The notes below the pieces were generated by a model. The model saw only the letters and a list, made by a program, of their open reading frames with translations, searched no databases and was not told the DNA's origin. The position numbers and the translations under genes are program-made. Of a DNA stretch of 64,000 nt, positions 27,131 through 41,445 are shown piece by piece (positions within the stretch are counted from its first letter, which is position 1; the number at the start of each line of letters is the position of its first letter). This stretch comes from Octopus vulgaris (lineage: Eukaryota): assembly GCA_951406725.2 (NCBI GenBank), contig OX597816.1, forward strand, positions 122,512,001 through 122,576,000. Reading direction: 5' to 3'.

Positions 27131-27867
27131 ATAGACGATAGCACGACAAATGGTAAATAGAACAAAAACAAGATACACGGATCATTCGTAGCCGGTTTCC
27201 CTCATCACTCGGAGTCTGGAAAGTCGTTGTAGTTTCGCCCCCTTATCTCCGAGGCTACTCGAATCCGGCGGGTGTCAGTGACTTAGGCTAAAAGCTTTAA
27301 GCCTCTGGGAAAGATGAACGAATGTATACAAGAAGAAAAACAGGAAGAGAAACAAAAACGAGAAATCTAGAATTATACACGTACATGTGAATGCCTTTCG
27401 GCTATACAATAGTAGGACATTTTTTTAATACTTATACGAATACAAATAAATAAATAAATAACAGAAAGGGACTTTCGACTTTCGGACGAATGTAACGTTA
27501 TGAAATAATAATGCAAGTGCAACAGAAAAAGAATTATGCACATACAATGGACAAACGCCTTTTGGCTATACAGCAAACGGAAAATAATTGTACAATTACA
27601 ACATAAATAAATAACAAAAAGGGTCTATCGACTAGCAGACGAATATAGTAAGCTAGCGCAAAGGAAAAATGAAAAAATCTTAACAAACCAGGAGGGAAGA
27701 CAGACGAATGTAACCAACCTGAAAGGCAGCAGGTCGAAAAAGGAAGACAATGCCTTAGCCGGACAACGATCACATGGTTGGAGAGGGAAGGAGTTGAAGA
27801 GGGCAGAGAGACTAAGGAATAGGAGAGAAGGGAAAGAAATCAGAGTGAGAGGGAAAGGGAAAGAGAA

Positions 27868-27908
<41 letters not shown>

Positions 27909-28427
27909 ACATGGGAGATAAGTGAGGAAGGAAAGCAAAGGGATTGAAGAATAATTGGGAGGGAGGAAAAGGGATTAAGGAATACAGGAGTGGGAAAATG
28001 AAATCATGGACTGAGGAACGAGGGGGAAGAGAACAAAGAGTGAGAAAGAAAGAGAAAGAAAGATAGAGTGAAAGAGAGAAGGAGAGAGAGAGAGAGAACG
28101 AAAGAAGAAATAAGGTAGAAAAGCCAGGAAGCGAGAGTGAAAGTCTTACACAATATTCAAGGGATATCTTTTTAACAATGTGAACAACAGGTTGTACGGA
28201 GCGCTGCTTGGATAAATCAAAGGTAAGACAGAAAGAACGCAACAAACGGAAAACAACAAAGCACAACGTACGGAAAAATAGACGATAGCACGACAAACGG
28301 CAAACAGGACAAAAACAAGATATACGGATCGTTCACAGCCATTTCCTCATCAGCCGGAGTTCGGAAAGTCTTTGTAGTTTTGCCCCCTTATCTCCGAGAC
28401 CACTCGAATCCGGCGGGCGCCAGTGAC
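27131..28427 (-). mobile_element. Non-coding element bounded by ~150-bp direct repeats (PLE/retrozyme-like)
   Basis: 27131-27282 and 28278-28427 align; minus strand has CTGATGA (28347-28353) and a degenerate GAAAC box; GA-rich interior. Confidence 0.65.
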
Positions 28428-28670
28428 ATGTATGTATGCATGTACTCCGATATGCACTCACACGCTGTACGTACATAAAAGCATAACTCATGTTAAGTCT
28501 TATTAATACTTATTAGTATTTCTTTTTTCATATGTGACCGGTTTTCAACATTTGGAGATGCAGTAAGCTATATATTTATTGTTTCATCGTAGATTTGAAC
28601 ATCTGTTTATAGAGTGGATTGTTATTCGATTTGGACTAATTTCATGTATTTAAAAGCTAGAGAAAAAAGT

Positions 28671-28671
<1 letters not shown>

Positions 28672-28762
<91 letters not shown>
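28672..28762. repeat. (TATC)n microsatellite
   Basis: Direct inspection. Confidence 0.96.
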
Positions 28763-28763
<1 letters not shown>

Positions 28764-29229
28764 AACAACTTATATACACGCGCACACACAGAACACACAC
28801 ACCTAGACACATATCCACACACATACACACTCACACACACACACACGCACACACACACACGCACACGCACACACACATACACACACCAATACATATAAAT
28901 CTGAGACATGGTAACTTCTACCACAATTTTTGCTCTCTCGTATGTCTAAGAGGCAGAATGCATTCTGGAACGTGTAGACATTCACTTGTTTATCTAGTAT
29001 TACTAATACTTGGAAGTATACTGGCTATTTAAGATGTCAGATTTAGCATTATATTTCGAAGATAATTTCCAATGGTACTCACTTCCCTATCAGTTATCTC
29101 CCCTTAACTGTAAAAAAAATGTTTATAGCCGTATTGGTCGCTAGTACAAATATATATCTTTTACTTTTATTTTTATTTTATGTACGTCTACCCCTGTAAC
29201 GGTCTTAACTTGCCATTGGTCTAAATATA

Positions 29230-29459
29230 TATTTCTTTACTACCCACAAGGGGCTAAACACAGAGGGGACAAACAAGGACAGACAAAGGGATTAAGTCGA
29301 TTACATCGACCCCAGTGCGTAACTGGTACTTAATTTATCGACCCCAAAAGGATGAAAGCAAAGTCGACCTCGGCGGAATTTGAACCCGGAACGTAACGAC
29401 AGACGAAATACGGCTACGCATTTCGCCCGGCGTGCTAACGTTTCTGCCAGTTGGCCGCC
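29230..29459 (-). mobile_element. Full-length SINE family A with 14-bp TSD
   Basis: Reverse complement of the 11322 unit; TTGGTCTAAATATA at 29216-29229 and 29460-29473. Confidence 0.92.
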
Positions 29460-30095
29460 TTGGTCTAAATATAACTGACCAATTGTAGAGATGGCTGGAT
29501 TTTGGTCAGTTCCATTACGGATAATAGGTGTTTAGTTTCTAGAATATTTCAGTAAGTACACCATTATAAAATCACTACAGGTTTGGTTTTGGATAAATAT
29601 TAATTAGCTCTATTTACGGAATCAGAAGTACTATTTTTTTCTAGACATATTGGCGATTCCTGTTTTACTTTAGCACTTGTTTTATTCTACTACTGTTTAT
29701 ACAGCCTGGTACCCCTACATAAAGAGATAACTCATAAATTATTTCTCTAGCTGATTTGCTAGTTCACTCTTTTGCCTATCGACTTCAAGCTTTACACTGC
29801 AAAATGTTATGATTCTAATATATTGAGCATTCTGGCTTCATCCCGAGACCCTGTTCTTTCCTCTTCCCTTCGTTCATTTTATCTAATGCATTTGTTTTCA
29901 TTCTGTTGAAGCTCCATGTACTAGATCGAATGTGCTATAAAGATGGCGAATATTATTTTCGGAATTTTCTTTGTAAGCACCGATTGACATTGGCAGCCGA
30001 AACGGCCGTAAGAAATGTTATGTTATGTATTAAAAACATAATGAACCGACGTTGGTGAATTTGTGTGCTGATCAAAAGTTTTCTGCTTATTTAAG

Positions 30096-30144
<49 letters not shown>

Positions 30145-31074
30145 CATATATTTATATATATGCACATATATATATACATATATATATACACATATATATA
30201 TATACATGTGTGCATACATACATACTTATATATATATGTTTGTTTTGGGTTTTTTTTTTGTAAATTCCAACTATATATATATATGTAGAGAGAGAGTGAG
30301 AGAGAGAGAGGGGGCGGAAATAAATAGATAGATAGATAGATAGATAGATTTACATGAAGAATTATGACTCCAAGCAGTTATTGATTTGAGGAAAAAGAAA
30401 GGAAATGAGATGTCATCGCCTTGCATGCTCGTGTGTCTAAGTATCTGTTATGTAATTATTAATACAAACCTCCTTGAATTTTGTTGTTTCTGAAAAGCTT
30501 TTGTTTAGTTAATAGGTTTCATTGTTACATGTGTTAATATATATGGATGCGTGTCTATGTGTGTGTATGTTTAAAAGTGTATGTCTATGAATTAGTATAT
30601 GTATGTATGCATGCATCTGCACTAGTGCATGTAAATTGAATGCCTAGATATACACGTATTGCTTTAAAAAACAGTAATAAAATGTACTACTGAGAAGTAT
30701 TATTTTAAAACTTTAATTAAAGACTAAAGCAACTTTCATGACTTCGATGGCCTGAAGTTCAGGCGTTTATTATAATATTACAACGAGGATGAGAAATGAA
30801 ATCAAAGTGTTATCTTCAAGCAGTGGTTTTTGCACATGTATTTCACAGAGGATCTTAACACAAAACGACATAAACGTTTTCTTCAAATTTTCATTTCAGA
30901 TTTTAAAATAAACACAAAGAGTGAATATTTCTAAAGAAAGGCAGGCTCGGTTTACAAGCTGATGATTGGAGACGATATATATATTTATGTAAGGAATATA
31001 TATGCTTGTATTGCCATGTTAACGTTTTCAAATACGCCAGCCAAGATAAGTTAAAAATTGTCTAAAGTCGTAAG

Positions 31075-31377
31075 ACGCCCGCTGTTTTTGTCCTGCTTAC
31101 CATTCTTGTTTTTTATTTCTATTTTTTGTTTCTTGTATTTATATTCGTGTGGCATCCTGTCTTTGTTTCGTATACATTCGATCCTCTTTCCAAGAAATCT
31201 AATGCCTGTGGCTTAGTTTTTCCTTGGGGCTAGCCGGTTCGGAGTGATATCGAGATTAAACAGCCGAAATTGCTAAGATGATCCGGTTCCGACTGAACAT
31301 TAGAGGCTTCGAGTGACCCGTCTGTTCTTTTTGTGTCGTCTCATTGTGTGTTTTTGCGTTCTTGTCCCACTTTGTAA
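31075..31377 (+). mobile_element. Second copy of the 15192-15735 family (interior plus right arm)
   Basis: Shares aatctaatgc..ccttggggct..cagccgaa..gactga..cttcga.tga.ccgtc..tttgcgttcttgtccca. Confidence 0.75.
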
Positions 31378-31390
31378 TTTATATTTTATA

Positions 31391-31461
<71 letters not shown>

Positions 31462-32099
31462 ATATATGTATATATGTATATATATGTATATATATATGCA
31501 TATATATGTATATATATGTATGTATGTATATATGTATATATATGAATTTAATATAAACAGCCAGGCGCAATGTGATGCGATAAAGGAAACATTCAATCGT
31601 CCCTAATTCTGACGTGGTTGCTGACGCACCTTTATTGCTAGAAATAAGAGTTAAAACGTTACTAAACCTGCAAGAAGAGCGCAGTCAGTGAATGTTTTAT
31701 TAAGGATCTGTAGATGCATGCGCATACCTAATTATGATCTTTTTTATAATGACTGAGAGATACTCATGCATGTAAGTCTTCCCTTTTCACCCCAACTAGA
31801 TTTATCGAATGCAAAAGTCACCCACTTGAATCAAGACAATTTTTGCTAACGAAATACAAAGTCTAAGAACTGATAACACAAACATCTTCGACATTCTAAC
31901 GGTTCCAGTGACACACGCGCGCATAAACATATGTATGCATGCATGTATATATGTATGTGTATGTATGCATATATGTATGTGTGTGTGCATGTATGCATGT
32001 AGGTAGATGGATAGGTAGGTAGGTATGCATGTATGAGATTGATACTGATTTATGGGCAATATATGACCTCGTAGTGTATAGTACATTATCGATCCCTTT

Positions 32100-32460
32100 T
32101 GAACAGTATTCTTTCTCTCGTATGAAAACTACTTCAGTTACTCATTTTGGCATCGGACAGTATGGTGTGCAGAAATGATATCCAGACTGTCTATTGTTTG
32201 AACAATCATGATTATCTGTTATATGGTGGAAATACGGAAGTACGTTTCCTTTTGATATGACATTTCCATTGATTCTTGAGTTTTACATCCATGCTCTGAG
32301 CTCTTTCTCTTATATCAGTTTCGAAGACATCACCGCACAAATCTTCTTGACACGTGATATGGAACACTGAATTTATTTATTTGTAGTTCATACCTGTATT
32401 CTGTGGCACATACGTTGCAATTAATTTTCTTGATGAATCTATTTGTTCTTTTCACAGTTT
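32100..32460 (-). mobile_element. Possible highly decayed Chapaev-like relic
   Basis: Ordered weak motifs IDSSRKL, CGD, VFPPY..LFKQ. Confidence 0.25.
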
Positions 32461-33839
32461 TAATATTAAACATTAGTTTCCGAGATGATATTCTTATATC
32501 AATTAGCTATGTCAACATCACACATGGCATTTACCAAAATACTATGAATAATTTGTCATAGCATCATATAGTAGACTTAGCAATTTCATATATACTTTAA
32601 CTGCTCTTTTCCAGACTTTGTTACGCTAATGAAGCTTATTCCAAGCGTACTTATTGATCTTAATGTCTGTGATATTGACACTAAGCAATATATAAATAAT
32701 TTATCCTTAAGCGTTAAAACTTTCAAAACGGGAAATTGTGACTATGTGATGGATAAGTTAGTGTTTATATATTTAACATATGGAAGATTAAAAAGCGTGC
32801 TAGATGAGGAAAAACAAAATCAATCATTAATATTATCTTAATTATCCCGTCCAATAAAGGAAAATATCAAGATAATTCTTATTTTTTCTTCATCATCAAT
32901 GCATTGAATTGCCATTGTAGTAACGATAGAATTACTACGTAAAGGCATACGAGTACATACAGTTTGAGGTAAGGAAGCGCCATTTATCTTATCGAGAATT
33001 GATAACCGAGATAACCGAATTTACGGTGTTTCTAGATTTCAAATTAAGGATTCTTATATACAGCTGAAAACATTGTAAGGAAAATTGAAAAGTCACCTGA
33101 ATTACACGTAGAAGTGTCATTCGTATACTTCTCGTATTTGTCATTTTATCTTTATTTTGTAAATATCGTGTATCAGCTGTTCTTACTTTGCACTCGGTGA
33201 TAGATATTGATATGATTTCCTTTCTTTATATTTAATATTATGATAATCGGTTCGTTTAATCTCGTTCATATATTTTTCTCATGCAATATCTCAATTTTCT
33301 CATATTTTTTATACTTTCCATTCACTCTAGTACATTTTTCAATATATATTTTCGCTTGAATTAAAATTCAGCTATTACAAAGATCTTAATGCGGTTGCAG
33401 TTATTTGACAAATATGATTTGACATGGAAGCAAGCTAAAATATCTTTAATAATCCATCGAGTAATACTAGGTAGCTGCTGCTCGTCAAATATAATCCAGT
33501 ATTTACTAAACCTCATACTTTCTCGAAACACAGAATCACTATATGTTTCAATAACAATTTTTACTTTTTACTCAGTTGAATAAATCAGAGAGTAAAGTCT
33601 TGTGGCTGCTTTGCTGTGCTTGTCTAATCTAATATGGAAAATTTGAAAATGCTCGTCCTTTTCTATAAACCCATATAAGACATATAAAACTTTGCCGAGC
33701 AACCTCTTCTCAAAAGCATTTCTCTTGAGAAGTGATTTGCGACTATTTCTTTATCTTTTTGTTTTTTAGGCATAGTACATCCAGAATCACATCGAGCAAT
33801 GTAATCATTAAAAACAGTTAATATTAATTCGCTAATTAA

Positions 33840-34290
33840 GGCGGTGAGCTGGCAGAGTCGTAAGCATACTTGGCAAAACGCTTATCGGCATTTTGTCCGT
33901 CTTTACGTTCTGAGTTCAACTTCGCCGTTACCTTTCATATTTTCGGTGTCGATAAAATAAGTACTAGTTGAGCACGAGAGTCGATGTAACCGACTAAACC
34001 CTGCCCACCTACCAAAGTTGCTGGACGTGTGCCAAAATTTGGAACTAATATTACTTCTATAATTAATGCGGCGAGTTGGCAGAAGTGTTAACCTGCCGGG
34101 CAACGGATTTTGAGGCATTTTGCCAGTCTTTACGTTCTAAGCTCATATTTCGCCGAGGTCGACTTTCCCTTTCGTCTTTTCGGGATCGATAAAAGAAGTA
34201 CCAGTTGAATACAGAGACTGGGAGCATTGTAATCGATTATCCACTTCACACAAAATTTCAGACACTGTGCCTATAGTCGGAAAGAATATT
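33840..34290 (+). mobile_element. Two tandem decayed SINE family A copies
   Basis: Heads ggcggtgagctggcaga (33840) and gcggcgagttggcagaa (34068). Confidence 0.82.
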
Positions 34291-34616
34291 AATTCTCAAA
34301 TTTCAACCAATACGTATTTTCATATATTCTACAAATTACTTCATGCATATACATTCGCTATTAGTGATGGAAGCAATACTAGTTTGATATAGGATTCTGT
34401 AATGTTAAACTTAACACAGATTTACAGTTGAAAGACTGGAAAATTCGGTATTATATATATCGAATATATATATATTCTTTCATTCTTATACACACACACA
34501 CTTTAATATGCAACTTCTGTAAAATATATTTTGCACCGTCGTAGAAACAGGTTTAGGTGAAACTCAGAATAGGCTGTAATCTTTTCATATATCACGATAT
34601 TTATCTATCCGTCTGC

Positions 34617-34657
<41 letters not shown>

Positions 34658-34677
34658 TGACTTATATTTTAGATTGA

Positions 34678-34730
34678 AGTCCACCTGAAGATTGTCGATC
34701 AAGACAAGAAACAATAGTGTTTTTTTGACT
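34678..34730 (+). ncRNA. Minimal hammerhead ribozyme-like motif
   Basis: cac-CTGAAGA(34685-34691)-ttgtc/gatcaa/gacaa-GAAA-caa-TA-gtg; stem III vestigial. Confidence 0.5.
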
Positions 34731-34807
34731 ATTTATTAAAATTTTATGTATTATTAAGTCTTTCCTTGTTTGTTTTGCAAAATAGTGGTTTTGTCTCTAA
34801 TAATATT

Positions 34808-34938
<131 letters not shown>

Positions 34939-35314
34939 AGGAATGACCACTACGTGGACATCCATATGCTAGAAGCAGAATTAACATCTGCACATTCCTG
35001 CGAGGTGTATTGGATAGGTCTGTGATAATAATTACTGTTATTATTACTACTCACAGTTGTTTCCACTATCTCGCCGTCCCATCGAAAACGAGGTTTTGGC
35101 ATGATATTTAAACATGGCTGACTCCTGATCCGTAAGTTTCAAGACTTAAACAATTAACGACGGATACCATACCCTCGTTCTTAGAAGAGTAAGGCTTATT
35201 TACGGTCAGTCATTTCGAGTCTTCTATATTCAACAATCTCACCAGTTCGATAACCAGAGTACTACAATTTACTCTTCTAATGGACAAAGTACGATGCCCA
35301 GAAAGTTTCGATAT

Positions 35315-35939
35315 CCACAAAATTAGGGATAAAATCCCGAAAGGAACGACATGAAAAATTAAAAACTTTTACCATCTAGGATTTGGAAAATAGCTGTTCT
35401 TTCTAGCATGTTGAATCCCATGAGTGGATTCCTTATGTGTTTAAATGTACACTGTATTTTATGAGTAATACATAGTCTTTGGACTAAATTTTTACATGCT
35501 AGGCCACTGGAAATGAAAATTTCTATTAATTTCTATTTCCCTTCGATATGATTAAGTATTGCAAGCTTTTAGATAATTTTCGGATTTTAAAAGTTGGCAT
35601 TTTTTATTGCTGGTGAGGGGGCTGCATCTGTGCAGTAGATTTTGAAAAAATTAGGATGTATAAACAAAAGGCATATAATTGATTGCCTCGTGTTTATATG
35701 TTTAATCTGAGGTGTACCTGTTGATGACGATTTCACCTAGCGAATATTACTTTATTTGCTAAACTAAAATCAGAAATCAAATGGTCCAACAAACTAGATT
35801 TTAAATGTTTTTATTTTTCATTTCGTTCCTTTCGGGATGTTATCCCTAATTTTGTGGTTTTGGAACCTATATGTTCTTTCTAGCGTGACGAATCCCATGA
35901 GTGGATTCCTTATGTGTTTAAATGTACACTGTATTTTAT
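35315..35939. repeat. Element with interleaved inverted and direct repeats (PLE-like)
   Basis: Inverted 35315-35379 / 35794-35857; direct 35396-35462 / 35873-35939. Confidence 0.75.
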
Positions 35940-35950
35940 ATATATATATA

Positions 35951-37048
35951 TTGGGTCATCCCATAAATAATGGAGTTTCTTCAATTGCATGAACTGAAGG
36001 AGGGACGTGATAAACTATCTGCATCAACTTGCTATAAAAGTAGGCTGTAATTTTACCTTGTACTTATTCTTAGTGAAGTTTGAAAGAATGTAGTTCGATT
36101 TTAACAGTTATCTTTTCAAAGATATAATGGAAGTGGCAAAGGAGCATATTCGGCACATTTTCCTTTATGAGTTCAATAAAGGTAACTATGTAACAGAAAG
36201 TGCGGATAATATTAATGCAGTATATGGCGACTGGACAAATAGAGTAAGCCATTAATCGACATCTGCGTGCCATCGGAAAAGTCAGCAAATTAGGTCAATG
36301 GGTTCCTCACAAACTTTCCGAGTCTAATTGCGCGCAGAGTGTGAACGTGCGCTCTTCTTTGCTGTAACGTCTCAGAAATGCACTATTTTGGGACAGAGTA
36401 GTGACTGGTGACGAGAAATGGGTTCTCTATAAAAATGTTAAGCGCCAAAGACAGTGGATAGGGAAAGGAGAAACACCAGTAACCCTGGCTAAAGAAGATC
36501 TCCAACCACGTAATGTGTTGTTATCTGTTTGGTGCGATATGATAGGTTTAGTCTCTTTGAACTCTTAAACCCAAACTAAACGATAACAAAGGAAATCTAC
36601 TGCGAGCAGCTTGAGCGGCTTACGTCAACACTAGAATAAAAACAACCATCTTTGGGTTTAAGAAAAAAGGTGTTCTTTCATCTGGATAATGCTCGCCCAC
36701 ATAAAGCGAAAATGACATTCCAAAAACTGGAGCAATTTGAATGAGAAACGATGCTCCACTCACTATTTTCGCCGGACATTGCCCCATCTAATTATCATTT
36801 ATTCCGCAGTCTTCACATTCATTTGGGCGGAAAAAACTGATTTCTGTAGACGAGGTCAGAACAATACTGGAGGTGTATTTTTCATCAAGGACAAGTGAAT
36901 TTTGGAAGAGGTATTTTGCAAGTCCGCAAGATGGAAAAACATTACGGAAAATGAAAGGAAGTATATTTTAGATTTTTAAAATGTTTGTTCATTTTAATTT
37001 TGAAAAATAAAAGTATAAAAAATCTGAGTTATTTTTGAGATGACCCAA
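35951..37048 (+). mobile_element. Decayed mariner with both TIRs and an internal deletion
   Basis: TA|ttgggtcatcccataaataa ... ttatttttgagatgacccaa|TA; MEVAKEHIRHIFLYEFNKG, WVPHKL, VVTGDEKW, HLDNARPH, SPDIAPSNYHLF. Confidence 0.95.
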
Positions 37049-37050
37049 TA

Positions 37051-37086
<36 letters not shown>

Positions 37087-37277
37087 TGTATGTATGTATG
37101 TATGTATGTATGTATGTATGTATTATGTATGCATGTATGTATGTATGTATGTATGTATGTGTGTGTGATTGAGTGTGTGTATATATATATATAATGAATG
37201 TGTATATATATATGCACAACAAATACATACACACATGCGCGCGCACGCACACACACATATAATTGTTATCAATATCG

Positions 37278-37321
<44 letters not shown>
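37278..37321. repeat. (CAT)n microsatellite
   Basis: Direct inspection. Confidence 0.95.
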
Positions 37322-39943
37322 GCAGTTTTACTTCGTTAATTTTCTTGTTGCATCAATGCAATCTAACTGCAATAGAGTGATATCATTGCACAAATAACTA
37401 ATATTGAAATTTTGATAACCACAGCAATTGTGAAAAATCTCACGAGATTAAATAATTTTCGTGTCTTCTGCTATTAAATAAATAATTTTCGTGTCTTCTG
37501 CTATGTTTTACTTTTACATAATAACATTAATATCTGCTTATTAATTACTTTCTTCTGCATTTTCTTCTTCGGTTTCTTTTTCTGACCCTCCTCTACCTCA
37601 TCTTCATGCTTCTTTTTCTTCTTCTACCCTCCTCTTCGACGTAACAACCACTATTATCGCTCAGTCCACTAAATGATATTGACGACCTGTACAAAGCAAA
37701 TGCATTGTTCTAAAACATGTCGTGTAGTCGAATTAAAGTATACTTAATAGCATCAAGCGATATTATCGATTTTGTTCGTCCTATCATCTCCCATCTTCTC
37801 CCTCAGTACCACTTCAATCATTGTCACACCTATATAGAAAATGTCTAAAGATCGTTGTATCAACCACGAATAAAAAGAAAGTAATAAAGGAATCTATTTC
37901 TAAATGTTCAAGTAAATCGAGTGAAGACGGCTACAATACTTTACGTCCCCAGATTCAGCCAGTATTATCAAGATGTCCAATATAGCGGCACTTTTATCGA
38001 ATTTTCACGGGCACTCGTGGAAAAGTAATCGAATAAGTTATTAAGTGTATCTTACACATATATGTGCATGTATGGCTGGTAGTTTGCCGTGTTGGGAATG
38101 AAAAATCACTTCAACTAAGTAAGAAGACGTACTCGAGACTAGGTTGTCTTGTGATATGCTTCATTTAATCTGTTGTATATATATATATAAAATCCATATT
38201 CTGAAAACAGATAGAAATTGCTACCGAGCATCAGTGTTGTAACAATATTGAATGACAGCTATCAAATTATAGGAAATTATCAGTTAAAGTCCATGGAGGT
38301 TCATTATCAATTACTAATCTGATTTAAATTAAGATAACAGTATTTTAATATCTAGATATTCTCGTTTGTTCAATATCGTAGATTCAGTTCGCAAGTAAAT
38401 TCTTACAAATACTTAAATTCCGACACTAACGAATTGATATATGGATATCGTCACCTGGAAGCAGAGGTGAAAATGTTCATGGATACTGTTGATTTGGTGG
38501 TATAACTGCATATATTTTGGTGTTTTAAATCTGAGTCTACATCTCGACGGATTATAGAAATGAATACTTCTTAATACTCCATTTTATGATTATAAACTTA
38601 CAAATGAAAGTGCACTTATAAAAGAATACTAAACAAAGATTCAGTTAGATGTACAAGTTCTTATGTATGCAAAATCACATAATTATACACACATATAATA
38701 ACGTAGTGGTGCAGGCAATGGCTTGAAACAGAAATTTGATTGGAAAAACGGCTTTTTGATGAGAATTCATAACAGGTGTATTGGGGGTTCCAAAGAAGGA
38801 ATAGTTAATGTGGAGAGAAAGCGTATGATCTGGTGGTGTAGATTCTTGGACAAAGAATCAAGTCCACCATGGTGATAGAACAGAAAGGTGGAGGAATCGA
38901 AGGTAGTATTGTATGCTGATTTATGAAAAGGTGTACATTGAGGAGAAATTTATAGGGAAGAAGGTATGTATCGTGGAAAATTGTAGTGAGGAACAAAGCA
39001 AAAATTCGGACTGGATAGAAGGTTACAGTCTAATTGTATAAGATTAGGTGCAAGAAACTATAATCCAAGATTTGAGGAAAAGAAAAACCAAGAGTTTATT
39101 TAAAGTACTCTAACGATTGAGTACAACATGTGTTGTAGTTGTTTTTGTATCTTTAAATAATTATTTTCACATTTTGATTAACGTAAAGGGATGACAGAAT
39201 TCATCTGAATACCTCTCAGTAATTTTTTTTATATAACCTTGATTTAGGATCCTGGAGTCAATAAAAATTGACATCAGTCTACTCTCACATCTTTGTCCTA
39301 TCTATGCTTGAAATTGTCAATAATTAATAGGACACGTATATTTCAGCGTTAGATTCATTTTGGGTGTTTTTTCATGTTCATAAGGTAACTAGAAAAGTCC
39401 TTTGACATTGACCCAAAGAATCGAAAATCACTTGTTTAGTATGAAATGAGGTTTGTTGCAGTTGTAGTAGAAGGGATCTCTCATCAAGAGGAGAATGGTG
39501 TCTTAAACCTAGTTACTTTATGTAAAATTTTACATAAGAACAAACCAAATTTCCAATTGCATTTTTAAAATTTCTATTTCAGTAAAGAGTAATTAGTACG
39601 AATTTAACCTCTCACAGGGGACTGTTTCGGGAGACATATAAAATCCTGACAACTATGCTTCCTAATTGCTATTCCATCCGAGCCTTCTTTTCTATGAAGT
39701 TAAGCAAATGTTAGAAAATACTTTTTTAACCGGCATATCAATTAGACACTGTGATGTTAGGGTACCAGCTATATTACCTAATTATACTAATTTAACTAAT
39801 GTAACTTTAGTATACGCGGAAACCTCTGCTTGATCCCTCGACTTGTTAGAAACAAGAGCAATATATCCATCATATTATAGATGAAAAGAAAGGTTGGAAT
39901 AGCTTTAGCTGTATCACATTTAACTTTAAACCTGCTTCAAAGC

Positions 39944-39944
39944 A

Positions 39945-40039
<95 letters not shown>

Positions 40040-40041
40040 CA

Positions 40042-40136
<95 letters not shown>
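39944..40136. repeat. (ATT)n microsatellite
   Basis: Direct inspection. Confidence 0.97.
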
Positions 40137-41236
40137 GTAACTATAGTAAGTTATTATTATTTTGGTTTAGCTTACTGCATTGTATCAATGATAAATGCTC
40201 TAACGAATCCGATAAAAATAAACAGCAATGATATAATATTAAAACAAACAAATGAAAACAACAACGATACTATATTGGAACACTTCAATACTCATACTCG
40301 AAGTATTAAGAAGCATTTTCCTTGTATTGAGATAAATATCTTTTCAAAGGGATAAACCAGATACACATGAAATATGAATATTTCAATATTTTATTTCCAC
40401 TCTACATTGGATGCAAAAAAAAACGATATTTACATTGCTAAAAAATAAAGTATCAAAAATGGAAACAATATGTGTGAATAGCTCATAACTGCTTACTATG
40501 ATTTATTATAATAACAATACTATAATATATTACATACATATGTATATATTTGCATATGTACCTTCATATATCATACACCCACATGAATATCCATACTTGC
40601 GTTACAAAGTTTTTGTATTTATTAATTCGTTGATCATTAAACACAACACAGCTGTCTTCATACAGATACATATTGTTAATAGTGTTAGAAGGAATAAGTT
40701 GTTGGATTGTAATCCAACAACTTTGATCTCAACTAGCAATGAATGGATCACGAGTTTTTAATTCTAAAAAATCAAACTAAAAATACACCCATATATTCAC
40801 AATATATGCATATATATATATACACTTATCCATATACAGGTGTACGTACCCACTGACACATAAAATCAAGCAACGATCACACTCTCAGGTAACACTCCTC
40901 TGATTAACATAAATATACTGAAACAATGATATACGGATGACACGCGTACAAATACACACACACACTCAGTTACACACTACTAGCTGGCATTCAGATGACC
41001 GTTCAAATTCTGTCATCCATGTAGACAAGCCCCAAGTGAGCATTAACGTCTTGGTTGCTCCTTTTGTTTCATTTCTTTTTACCCTCACCTTCTCTTGTCT
41101 TTCTCCAGTCTCCATCCCCTTCGTGAGAAAAACAACGTTTAGAACGTCATAAAAATGATCTCATTTCACTGCCGTGAGCTTGGAACAAATACATTGTTTT
41201 GTGAAATTTTCATTCATGTTCTTTATGAATTACACT

Positions 41237-41398
41237 TTTAATAACAGCTTGATTCGGCTCCATGTAACTTAACGATTCGTAGGCTCGTAAAAGACCCTAG
41301 TTCTTCAGGCTTAAGTATCCAAAATCTGAAAAGCTAGGTTCGTTTTACGAGCCCACGAAACTTTAGGTTGGTTGGAGCTGAATCAAACTGTTATTAAA
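41237..41398. repeat. Imperfect palindrome with HHR-like motif in each arm
   Basis: tttaataacagcttgattcggctcca.. / ..tggagctgaatcaaactgttattaaa; 17-bp spacer between tcttcag (41302-41308) and ctgaaaa (41326-41332). Confidence 0.8.
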
Positions 41399-41400
41399 TA

Positions 41401-41445
<45 letters not shown>

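Noticed and set aside
27625-28296. Longest ORF (223 aa, L/S/F-rich)
   Set aside because: Antisense of a GA-rich low-complexity tract; no domain
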